A stretch of DNA of 57,753 nucleotides, counting the filler, from Catajapyx aquilonaris (Eukaryota): the NCBI GenBank assembly GCA_000934665.2. It is 4 parts of 4 records of this genome, joined end to end, with 100 filler letters (N's around TTAATTAATTAA, not from the genome) between each part and the next. Parts side by side here need not be neighbours in the genome. Positions count along the whole stretch, not along the records: positions 28,982 to 43,321 come from KZ539738.1; positions 43,422 to 57,753 come from JYFJ02007812.1; 2 more parts are not named here. One strand, 5' to 3'. Made by a program: the position numbers and the translations under genes. Shown here piece by piece: positions 39,118 through 50,590 of this stretch (positions within the stretch are counted from its first letter, which is position 1; each line of letters opens with the position of its first letter). The notes under the pieces were generated by a model. That model ran no database searches. It was not told the DNA's origin and was given only the letters and a program-made list of their open reading frames with translations.

Positions 39118-39356
39118 CCTTTCCCTGGAGACGTGACATGAGGTCAATGAGAGATTCCAACACTTGACGTCCAGCATGCCTTACAGTCTCCATATAATGA
39201 TCCAGCCAACTCCACACACAATTCATACATTCCAGAAAGACCAAATCATTGTGGAAAAGGTCATCTTGTCTCTTGCCTGAAGAAACACCAAGTACTTTGT
39301 TGCACCACAGCAACAGTGCTCTGCTGCAACCTAATACAATAACTGAGTCAACCAAG
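39118..39356 (-). CDS. THADA: THADA exon
   Basis: VWSWLDHYMETVRH; phase 2 to 1. Confidence 0.82.
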
Positions 39357-39705
39357 CTGGAATATTTAAAAAAGAAGTGTTAAAAAGTTAACAAGCCTAT
39401 CTTAATGGAGTGTAGTTGGTTACCCTTAGGGGTTAGGTACATGTACAATTACCAGCATAATGATGCAGACAGACTTGGGCAAGGGCTGGAAGTTTGCTGT
39501 AAAACTGGTGATGTCTCTGCCTCACCTTGCATACATGGTATTGTAATGTACAGTTCATCAATATAATGGTGTCATATATTGACGTCCTCGTTGGGGAACA
39601 GATCTATCTCATTCAGGCGCCTGCCCAATTATGTCTATCATTATGCTTGTGACTGAACGTGGCTAAAGTTCAATAGGTCAACTGTATGATTGTGCCGCAG
39701 TATAT

Positions 39706-40703
39706 GGGGGGGACACTCCACTCAAAATACAAGTTGGGCTCCAAAAATCGGGCAAAAAATCCCAATTCTGAAGGTGCAATCGGTTTGGAACTAGGCGAAA
39801 CTGGTTTAATTGTGAGCGATTGCGCAGTAAGAGATAGTCTGATGCTGGTCTGATGTTTACACTAATCTGTCCCAGAATAAGCCTACCTGCAGTTTAGGAA
39901 CAGCGTTGGGCTTCAGTGCCCGCCTCTTCTGATGTGGTCTGTAGGGAAATTGTGACTCCCTGTCAAAATGATCTATATTCTACACAAACCTGATGATGTG
40001 TCTTGGGTGCATACGTTTAGTTGGAGGTAAATTCAGCGCTGCTTGTCATTGGCGCATCAAATGTTCCTTTCGGCACGGAAATTTAAAAAAACTTAAAGAG
40101 TCTTAGACCACCGTGTCTGACTTCACGGCTGCGACGCCGACTGTACCAGCGCCGACACTAGACAAAATTGACCCTCGGAAGGACCGACACCAGGAGCTCC
40201 CTGCTCATCCATCCTGCCTGGTTCCAGGTACACTCCGATATGCGCATATGCCCATTCAAAAGGGCTGACATCACGCACGTGTTTTTCGCAAGTGCTAAGA
40301 GTTAACACATGCGTCAAGTTCCGTCCACACCCGAAGGTCGCCTGTTATTATATGGATCTGCTGGGTAGCAGATGTGGGCCTTTCGTAAACAGTCAGGAAC
40401 CAGTCTAAATCCAAGCCCGTAAAGTAACAGTTCTGTAGTGAGCAGATTTATTGTCCAGGGTAATAGGTAGCACGCAGCCCATGGAAACCCCCTTCAAAAT
40501 TGGCACAAACCCACACAATTAAAGCAGTTTCGCCTAGTTCCCAGGGGAGGCGCTGCTGTTTTGCAGCAGATACGAATTGCCGAACTTTGACGGCTCCCCC
40601 TAGCCTTACCGTTCGTCTCTCAGAAAAACTGCTTATACCCTCGGAATCAGGATTTTTTTGCCCGATTTTTAGATCCCAACTTGTATTTTGAGTAGAGTCC
40701 TTG
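39706..40703 (-). mobile_element. P-element-like non-autonomous element with degenerate THAP domain
   Basis: ~60-bp TIRs (ctcaaaatacaagttggg), one terminus CAAGG, imperfect 8-bp TSD cagtatat/aagtacat; internal SFFKFP...DHFD...LKPNAVP. Confidence 0.65.
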
Positions 40704-40854
40704 AAGTACATGTAACATACATCATTTATTGTTTATAAGTTTTATCACTGCTGCTCTCTCTCATCCCCTCTCATGTTTATCATTGACAAGTGAGAATTAC
40801 TTTTTGACATAGTCTTGTGATACTTTTCTGTAAATAGCAGGGAATTCAACCTAC

Positions 40855-41048
40855 TTTTTACTGACGCTTCTTAACTGCCAAAATATTTTTTCCAGGAGTG
40901 CCCCATCTTGGACTACCAGCAGTTCTGCTTCAGGAAGTCCAGACAAGAGACCTGTACAAAGGCTTAGCTGCACAGGCAGTGGGGCACCCTTGAGTGCCTC
41001 CCAGAATAGTTGCTCTCCTGTTGCTCCATGACTTGTGCAAAATGTCAA
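40855..41048 (-). CDS. THADA: THADA exon, most 5' exon found
   Basis: Open frame LTFCTSHG...QLSLCTGLLS with AG/GT and phase 2 matching the next exon. Confidence 0.72.
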
Positions 41049-41195
41049 CTGAAAGCATCAAGATCAATAGGTATCAAGTGAACACATCATGGGCATACAA
41101 GTGAAATCCACTATTCCAATTTTGACAGTTTTGATTTTATTATACCACTAAGTAGCATTTTTTTTAAAGCTCTATTACCTGGTGAAGACAATTTA

Positions 41196-41688
41196 GGCCC
41201 GTATACATAACGGATTTTCGAACTCGGAGTCAGAGTTAACCATGAGTTGAGAGTGAGTTGACTCCGTGTTCGTATACATAATGGGAGTTTAACTCCACTC
41301 GGAAGAGTCAAGTCGGGGTCGAGTTAACCCTGCTCCCCTAGCAGGGTTAACTCAGCCAGCCGGAGTCAGAAACATTTTCCAACATGGCGGACCTACTCGA
41401 GGTGGTAGAAGTATTGGAGGAGTTGGAGGTTCTGGACAGGGTGGAGACAGCAAACCGACTTGGGCATGAGCTCAGAGGGGTGAGTCTGAAGGACAGGGTC
41501 ACAGGGACAACCCCATGAAGGTCTACGACGACGTGAGTTTTCGCCAGCGGTACCGCCTCAGGAGGTACCGCACTGGAGGTAGTGGCCGGAGTATGCGGAT
41601 CCAACTCGATCCCGGAGTTAACCCTGACTCAGTCTCGACCCGGAGTTACTCAACTCTGCAATCTGAGCAGTCATTATGTATGCGGGCC
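41196..41688 (+). mobile_element. Deleted Harbinger element
   Basis: TTA-ggcccgtatacataa...ttatgtatgcgggcc-TTA; transposase N-terminal remnant KDR...YDDVSFRQRYRL. Confidence 0.82.
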
Positions 41689-41809
41689 TTAATCTTAAAG
41701 ATTCATAAGGAATCAGGAAGCCAGAATTTTCTGTATTCAAAATCAGGTAAACAAGTGCAAATTCCAATTTTTGCCTTAGAATGTCTCAAATATAGACTCT
41801 TGGACTTAA

Positions 41810-43072
41810 CCCTTTGCTGCCTACGGCCATCATATGATTTCCGAGCTTGCATTGCTGGAGGGCCTACGGCCATCATATGATGTCCGAAGATTTGCCCTGC
41901 CAACTTGGGTCATTTTTCAGCGCAAAAAATTTCAACCTCACCGATTTTCTTGAAATTCGGTGCATTGTAGCCCACCCCAAGGGATGAAAAACGCACCTAT
42001 AGTGACCTGATAAAAATGACCTCGTGACCCAATTTTGAGGGGGCAGAGGTCAAATCATAAAATTTCGACCTCACCGATTTTCTTGAAATTCGGTGCATTG
42101 GTAGCCCACCCCAAGGGATGAAAAACGCACCTATAGTGACCTGATAAAAATGACCTCGTGACCCAATTTTGAGGGGGCAGAGGTCAAATCATAAAATTTC
42201 GACCTCACCGATTTTCTTGAAATTCGGTGCATTGGTAGCCCACCCCAAGGGATGAAAAGCGCACCTATAGTTACCTGATAAAAATGACCTCGTGACCCAA
42301 TTTTGAGGGGGGCAGAGGTCAAATTTCGACCTCACCGGATTTTCTTCAAATTCGGTGCATTGGTAGCCCACCCCAAGGGATGAAAAACGCACCTATAGTT
42401 ACCTGATCAAAATGACCTCGTGACCCAATTTTGAGTGGGGCAGAGGTCAAATCATAAAATTCCGACCTCGCCGATTATCTTCAAATTCGGTGAATTTGTA
42501 GCCCACACCAAGGGATGACAAACCCACCTATAGTTCCCTGCTCGACATGACCCTGTGACCCATATTGGAGGGGACCTATGTCAATGCGCCGAATTTCAAG
42601 AAAATTTGTGACTGGCACTTGCAAAGTCTCCCTTGTGATTCACTAAGACGGGTAGTACGCGTGTACGCAAAAAATGTAAGTGTGTATATAACCTTGGTAT
42701 AACCCCCGAATTTCAAGAAAATCGGTGAGGTCGAAATTTGACCTCTGCCCCCCTCCAATATGGGTCACAGGGTCATTTCGAGCAGGGAACTATATCTGCG
42801 TTTGTCATACCTTGGCGTGGGCTACAAATGGACCGAATTTGAAGAAAATCGGCGAGGTCGGAATTTTATGATTTGACCTCTGCCCCCCTCAAAATTGGGT
42901 CACGAGGTCATTTTGATCAGGTAACTATAGGTGCGTTTTTTATCCCTTGGGGTGGGCTACCAATGCACCGAATTTCAAGAAAATTGGCGAGGTCATAAAA
43001 TTTCCGGAAAAGGGGGAAAAAAACTCAGGCCCTGGGGTAATGCAATCCTTCAAAAACTCCGTCATCAAAGGG
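41810..43072. mobile_element. piggyBac-like non-autonomous element with internal ~134-bp repeat arrays
   Basis: TTAA-ccctttg...caaaggg-TTAA; ~5 direct units (41925-42575) and ~2 inverted units (42706-42995). Confidence 0.8.
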
Positions 43073-43321
43073 TTAATGAATTTCACTTGTATGCTACTAT
43101 TTAGGGTGTTGCCAGAATATGAGTACTTTAGCTATAGGAAATTTCGCTCAAATCTGCTTTTTTTTGTAGCTTGTTGTGCCCCTAACCAGGTGCCCTATTT
43201 ATTCTACAGAAACTGCTATAGGCCTCGTGCGTAACTACACTAGCGCGCTCTGTTGGGGAAAACGGCGACAAGCAGTGGGGGTGGGCACGCATAGTGTGCC
43301 TGTCGGCCAACGCACATTCAC

Positions 43322-43421
43322 NNNNNNNNNNNNNNNNNNNNNNNNNNNNNNNNNNNNNNNNNNNNTTAATTAATTAANNNNNNNNNNNNNNNNNNNNNNN
43401 NNNNNNNNNNNNNNNNNNNNN
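43322..43421. other. Artificial contig linker
   Basis: N44-TTAATTAATTAA-N44. Confidence 0.97.
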
Positions 43422-44226
43422 AGACGAAGACGGCGATATTCAATTGGCGGACATTCTAATTAACACTGGTACAACAGTGGACAACGCCGTTGAAATTCCC
43501 GAAATCAACCGCCCGGGCATTCTAATAAGCGCCGAAGATTGTAAATTTCCTTGAAATGCTGAAATTTATGTGCAGATTTTTATAAATTTAATTGTGTTTT
43601 ACCGGGTAAATAAATATCTTGAGTTGCATATAACTTACTGATTTTGAATGTTGTTATTGCCCCTCACTCCTATGATCAATATTCGATTGTTACATTTTTT
43701 TTCGAAAACAACGATATTTTTCGAAACTTCGTATCTCGTGATCTATTTGACGTAGCGAAACCATTTAGTGGTCAGATTGTAGCAAATTTATGCTAGTATA
43801 TATGTTATTATGTAGGTTTCTATCGTAGGACTCGTCATTTATAAGCTACCGGGTAAAAACTGGCTGGAAGTTCCCACATTTCTCCTTTTTGAAAATTTCG
43901 CGAAAATTGGAATGGCTATTACTCCGAAACTATCGGAGGTAAAAAATATCCGTCTGAGCCCAAATAGTAGCACATTTAGTCTACTTTAAAAACGATAACT
44001 ATAACTTTCTTTGTCGGACGCTTAGTTTGGCAGATATTTGGCAAAAACCAAAAAAAGTCCGAAAATTTCGGGGTTTTTCCAAGATGGCGGCGCCGGCGGC
44101 AAAAAATTTTGTTGGCAAACCTGTGGAAATTAGTCAGGGGACCAACCCTTACAACATATTAAAAAATTAGCTCTACCCTAATTTTTGTATCCATTCGGGA
44201 ATTTTCATGACAATTTGACTGGACTA
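43422..44226 (+). mobile_element. Probable right end of a DNA transposon (Academ-like terminus)
   Basis: ORF tail, AT-rich subterminal region and end tgactggacta; partner TIR not in the contig. Confidence 0.35.
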
Positions 44227-45097
44227 CAACGGGAATGTCGGATATTCCTTTGAATAGTTTGGAGCCAAACAAAACCAAACCTTTGAATAGGTTTTCCGTC
44301 TCTCCCTGTTTGGTGACATTTTGTCGTTGACATTTTTAGAGATTACGAGGAATAAATGTGAATTGAGGATGTGACAGTCGCATGGATGGGTGAGCCGACG
44401 ATATCAGAGCTGCGTTTAATGCCGGGATGGAGGAGAGAGGCGACAGCGAGCGTTCGCCGGCGTTCGCTTATTTTTTTTTAAAAAAAATTAATTCATTTTC
44501 CTCCGCCCTCCGCCTCTTAAGTACTCTCCAGGACGACTCACAGTGACGCTTCCAAATAGCGTTTGCTGCCAGGGTTTTTCTGTACCTGTTGTTTAATACG
44601 GGATAATTTATCTGTGTATACTTATTGTCCATATCACTTGAAATAAACTTGTTTTTACTGGTATACTGTGTGCATATCTTTGCCTCTGAGGTTTGATCAG
44701 CGGAAAACGATAACATCAACCTTCTTGGGTTAATTATATTTAGTTGATGACACACTTCGGCGAGATTACCTGGGTATTAACCTGCACAATGTCTGACCAT
44801 TTATACTCATTACTCGCTCTCCTTTTCCTGAATACTTTTAGCATTTGTGGGAGCACTGATTATACTGCTAAGGCATCTCAATTAGTCATTTTCTTTTACA
44901 TAGTGAGAGATTCTCCGTCGTTTCTTATAGGTGGGTTATGTATGTTATGGTGCGAGTGTGACGTACATTGGATGTGTACTACGGGGTACAGGCATGCTTT
45001 CATTCAGGATTGGGTATGCTTCTTTTCTATGTTTAGAAGTGTTGAAATGATGTCAAAAATTCCGGAGGGAAAAAAGTTAATGTGCGACTGCCACGAT

Positions 45098-45320
45098 GTT
45101 GTGGCAGATGGATGGAGTTAGTCTTGAAGTTTTTCCCACGCCACCAGCACCTGTCTCCGCAATGCCTCAAGAGTCCGCTCCTGACCTCATCTCCACCACT
45201 TGAACCATTGTGATGTCTCTCGGGAGGTGTGGACAGACGAGTTGTCTTGAACGAGATGAATTACTGGCATTTCATTCGAGGGGTATATGACCCGAACTGA
45301 TGGCAGATATACATTCCTTC
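45098..45320 (-). pseudogene. Tc1-family transposase relic, copy 1
   Basis: PSVRVIYPSNEMPVIHLVQDNSSVHTSRETSQWF followed directly by EALRRQVLVAWEKL...SICHN; SPDLNPIE segment deleted. Confidence 0.75.
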
Positions 45321-46965
45321 ATAATTTGATTGTCGCACAGTCACAAGGGGTAATTTTAATTGTCTCATTAATCTCCCGGACCTATACATGATCCTGATTC
45401 CTACGTTCACTGTATTGTGCTGTGTTTCATTACGCCTACATTTGGAGATGTTATTTGCGACGGGAATGTCGCTTTCAAGTCGTAATGAAATAATAAAATA
45501 TATTACATGTCTGTCGTGTGAAGCCTGATAGTGTCGCATCGACGTTGCACCGATGTTGCATGTCACTGTGCACGAGGTCTTCATAACCAGGTAAGAATCA
45601 TGTTAACGTGATTTGGGGAACGTGGGGGAATAAAACCAGAAATATGGTTCCCATATTTATTAGTATGCTTACAACGACACTTCAGTTCTACTAGTAGTTA
45701 TTTTAGGACAAGATTGCAAGCTTCAGTAGCCTGCTCCGTCGTGGATGACTCCTTCGGTAACCTACTCATCGGAACTGTCCACCTTGGACTGTGATTTTAA
45801 CCAGCCCTTTCTCTCGTGTACGCTAAAAATACTCACCAGCTTCTGGATTGGATACTTTTGCTCGCAATTGCACTTCCGCTTCCTGTGGGCCAAAGATAAT
45901 AGTATAAATTGTCAAGTCTTATCTTACTGAATCATGTGTCGCGTATTTTATTTTAGCCTGCCAGGAAAACCTCTTTTTAATCCAAAAGGATGCTGTTTGT
46001 CAATATGTTGTCAGACTTTGTACCCATGTTACTGTAGTTTATTATGATATATTGTCAGGTGCAACATTTAGGCTGTGAGGTTTTGCAAATAATAGGCACC
46101 CATCCAATCGAAGGCCTTGTGTATGGTAGGTTGAGTAAGTTCATATTTTTGTGCAGCACTTTTACATTCGCTTTTTTTTTGCTGGCAATGTTATTTAGGT
46201 AGTTGGCAAGGTATGTTCCCGTCTTTCAAACCATTGTGCAATCATTGCTCAACAAACTCGTTCATATAAATCGTCTTCGAATGCAGTTGTTGTGTGTTTG
46301 ATGATGTATGGATTATTTCATTGTCGGATTTTGTGCGTTTCATGTGATTTTTGGCGGAATTACCGTCGGTATTTGTCGTTTGAGTGCCATGTGGCCTTCC
46401 TCTTCCTGTACTGCTTCTGCTGCCGCTGCTGGGATTGTAAATTGTCAACACAAGTGTTCGCCGTAAAACTGCTCTGTAAACAAGCGAAAATTGCTTCGAA
46501 GACACTAAATATGTAAGATTGGAAACCCGATTGTGCCATTCTGTAAACTTGTATTCAGATATGTACCTGGAGAAGTACTTCTATTGAATCCAGATCGCTG
46601 CCCTGCCCATGACCGTAATTCCTCTGTGCACCTATCTCTAAACTATAAAGGATCCGTGCCAACGTATCCATCCCTACCAAGAGCTACTTAGCTCTTGCCC
46701 CTACCTATTTAGGAAACTGCTTAGTGAAAGTTTCCTGCCCTGATAGGCTTGAAGTGCGAATGACCTGCATTTGACTGGACTTTTTGACAAGACCTGACCT
46801 CCGGGTTTGTAATAATATTCTGTTGGATGCATTTTGTCGTGGCCAACATTTCCTGATCGTCTCCCTGGTATTTGTTGTCTTACTTCTGTAGCATCTGAGA
46901 GGTTTGAATGTTGCAACAATAATAATAATCATACCCAAGCAAGCCATACGAATGCTTGCAAATGT

Positions 46966-47180
46966 ATTATGGCAGATGGATGGAGTTAGTCTTGAAGTTT
47001 TTCCCACTCCTCCTGCACATGTCTCCGCAATGCCTCACGAGTCCGTTCCTGACCTAGTCTCCACCTCTTGAACCATTGTGATGTCTCTCAGGAGGTGTGG
47101 ACGGACGAGTTGTCTTGAACGAGATGAATTACTGGTATTTAATCCGAGGGGTATATGGAGTACTTATGGCGGCATGCATT
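46966..47180 (-). pseudogene. Tc1-family transposase relic, copy 2
   Basis: Paralog of 45098-45320 (HLVQDNSSVHTS) with the same internal deletion. Confidence 0.72.
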
Positions 47181-49510
47181 CCTCCATAGCTTTCATATAT
47201 TATGTAGGATTCATTCGGGGGGAATTCTCGAGCCAACTCCGTGTAGGCTGTGGGTATGATTATCTGGTTCTCAAAAACCGATAACCATTGATTGACAATA
47301 GAATCGCTCACGATTTATAAAGGCCGGACTTTGCAACAATGGGAAAGATGTGCAAGTCGCGTCGTGATGCATAAAATCTCTCAACAGTCGTCTCTCTGAC
47401 AGCCCCAACTGGTGCTAATTTCCATGCCGCTGCCATGCAGGGAAAAAATTGTGAAGCCAGTGGCAGACGGCATGTTTCACTGTCTTGTTGTCGCTTGTTG
47501 ACCAGCGAGGTGCTTCTTCATTATTTTGGTCCTAAGAGTTGGCAAGCACATGTTTAAATTGTTGAAAAGATACAAAGAAATAGCCTCAATGTAAGTTATT
47601 ATATGAACAGTTTTGTATGGAACTGTGGTTTTTAATTACATAAAGGCGTTGTTATTAATTGTATAATGCCGTTCCATTGAGGTGTTGTGTCAGGTAGGTT
47701 GACAGTTGCAGTCATAAGGATGCTTCCCTGAGAGATACGTCATACTCCAGCAGTATGCTGAACAGGATTTGTTGCAATGTTCCATTCACGATGAAGATGG
47801 TGGGCAATATCACCAGGTTGTCTCTGCGGGTCTCCTCGTCCGGATCATTCGCAATTACTGAACAATGGATTAATGAGTAGAAGATTTAAGTCTCCAAAGT
47901 GCTCTCCTTGGTTTGGGTTGGGGTTTGGTTATAGGATCTTGGTTCTCTCATCCCTCCTGACCTTGGACCTAATTCCTTTGTGTGTCGATCTCTGAAGGAT
48001 CGGTACCTACGTATATCTATCCAAACCTATTTAGGAATCTACCAAGTGAAAATCTCCTGCACTGACAGTTGTTGGGCTGTGGGAATTCTAATCTTCACTT
48101 CCCGGTGTGGAATTTGATGGATGATTTATGTATTTTGTCGCAGTCAAGATTTGTCCAATCTGGCGACTGTTTCCGAAGTCGTTCGATGAGACTCTTACTG
48201 TCGCACATCGCCATGTAAAAATGTAATTTATGCAACACCTTGTGTATGTCTTGAAGTGTTTTCCAGGATAGTTTCCCCGATGTTGCCACTTTTTAAATCC
48301 AGAATAGCCATTGCGGAAATATCGGATTTAACTTGAACTGGCACATGGTGGAATGTGGCACATTGAAATCACGTGCAAGCCAGCGCAAGTAGATGGCTGA
48401 GAATGTGGTCCCTCCTATAGAGGCCAGCTTGGAAAGCTATTCCTCGTGCATTGTTGGCAGTCACCAAGTTTGCAAACTGCGAGGATTGTTGGCTCTATGT
48501 TTAACTACTTCACCAAGTGCCGAGATAATAAAACATGTAGCTTATTTTGAGGACAAATTGATTGGCTAACAAATGATATAGCATGATGCAATATTGAACT
48601 TGATTTGCAGAAGATACTAGGGTTTAGAGGAATTCCGTACTTTTTCGGGCAGCATGAACCACTGATACTATTTTACTGTTTTGACCTATGTCCCGGCCCT
48701 TTAGGGTACCGTACCACTCGAAATTATACACATCCATATGAAAATACAAAGAAAGCAGCCTCCATTAAGGACTTGAACTAAATGACCAAAAAGACGACAA
48801 AATGTTTTTCATAATTTTTCATTATAAATTATCGATATTATTAAATAAAATACGTATATCATTGTGAAGACGGGGAAATTTGTCTAAACTAAAGAGTCTG
48901 TGTTGTTGCTTTGTTAAATTTTCTGTTTCTCGTGTTTAACCTTAAGGAAATAAACATTGTCGCAAAATTGCGGGGTGACTTTGTGACAAATGTAAATGTG
49001 AATATTTTGTAACGGATAAAGTTATCGATATGATCTTCCCAGCGATATGTAGAGGAAGAATGAGGGTACAAACCGCAATAAGACATTTGTTGGGAAAACA
49101 TCAAACCGTTTCTGATGATACGAACAACCTCAAAAACTGTTACCCTCACCTTTATCAAATCAGGTCCAAAAATAATGTAATACCTGAATCAGCCGTAAGT
49201 TCTACACACCATTGAAGCACATGACCTTCACCGTCGCCATGTGACTTTTCGTTAGTCTCTCCCATAGTCTATCCATCTCTGCTGTGATGGCAAGACTGCT
49301 CCACTACGGGTAGGGACACGGTGCCAGAGGACATGATTTTATCTCTGTGTTGCCTGCTGACTCAGGGCCAACTGGATCGGCGTTATATTTCCATAATATT
49401 TGGTATCCATAATAGTTGGTGCCCCTTATATAAGCATAAGTCGGGAGAAAAAGTCTTCGTTGTGACCGTGAAACCGCAAATCATGTGTATTAATTGCAAC
49501 TCTTTTAATA

Positions 49511-49650
49511 GGGGTCGTCCATATACCACGTGACCCCTGTGGTCAAAAAGTGCCCGAAAATCGGTCACGTGGTATATGGACGACCCCACCACGTGACCCC
49601 TGTGGTCAAAAAGTGCCCGAAAATCGGTCACGTGGTATATGGACGACCCC
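49511..49650. mobile_element. Zator-like 77-bp MITE with 63-bp tandem duplication
   Basis: TIR ggggtcgtccatataccacgtgacc; absent from the paralog at ~53400. Confidence 0.75.
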
Positions 49651-50590
49651 TTTATCTGGCCCATTTGTATGACAGAGTCTCATTTTCGGCCAACAATCAT
49701 AATAATCGTGCCCATGCAAGCCATACGAATGCTTGCGAAAATGCAGATGTCATGTTTTATTATTCCTTCAGTTATTGTTGCAACACATCTTTTTGCATTT
49801 GCTTCAGCAATGATCACAAGAGCATACGCCCTTGTATTAGAAATTTTTGGTATGGCCATTTTACAGATAATGAGGAATAAATTATGCATTTGAGGACTTG
49901 ACAGGCGGACGGGTAAGTTATTTCACACAGCCTTATGTCCTTGTGCTGTCGGGATGGAGAAGATGCAAGTCGCGTCGCTCTGTGCGATGCAGAAGGGTCG
50001 TATGACTATGAGAGTTGGCCACTGATTTTACCATAGTGGTTATACATTACAATGTTAATAATGTACTGCAACTGTCGCCGTGCGCTCTTAGGTGGGGATG
50101 CTCGGGATGGTCTGATATTCCTCGTGAAGTCTGCATGTGTTGTTACAAAATGGAGAATTATTGTAATTTATTACAGATGAAAACTGTGGCTATCTAAATA
50201 TCTTACTTTCACAAAATGAGGTTATGACAGTTTCATTTTTTTAAAATCCACATCCGCATAATAAATTCCTAATAATTGACTAAAAGAGCATGTACTGTGT
50301 TTATTGTAAGCCTCTCCCACTGGTGTCATGGAAATATGACAATTACTGACAGGTAAGAGGTATCCCCAGATTGAAATATTGTGGCAATGTCGGTCAACAA
50401 TATCCCACTATGTATCTCTTGTACAGTGATGTGGAGTATGGGAACCGAAAGGAACGATAGTTTTTTAGGTTTCAAGACCTTACCACTCTTTGATATTATA
50501 TTCATTGCCAGTGTGTTGCAACAATTATGAGCATTCCATGTGTGTAGTTATGTATTTGTAGCCAATTTATGTGATATTTAAATGGTGTCA
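49651..50590 (+). repeat. Duplicated module (paralog at ~53400-55040)
   Basis: Colinear similarity; the second copy carries extra insertions. Confidence 0.85.

Noticed and set aside
41925..42995. CRISPR-like array
   Set aside because: Units are contiguous ~134-bp repeats with no unique spacers, no cas genes, eukaryotic context
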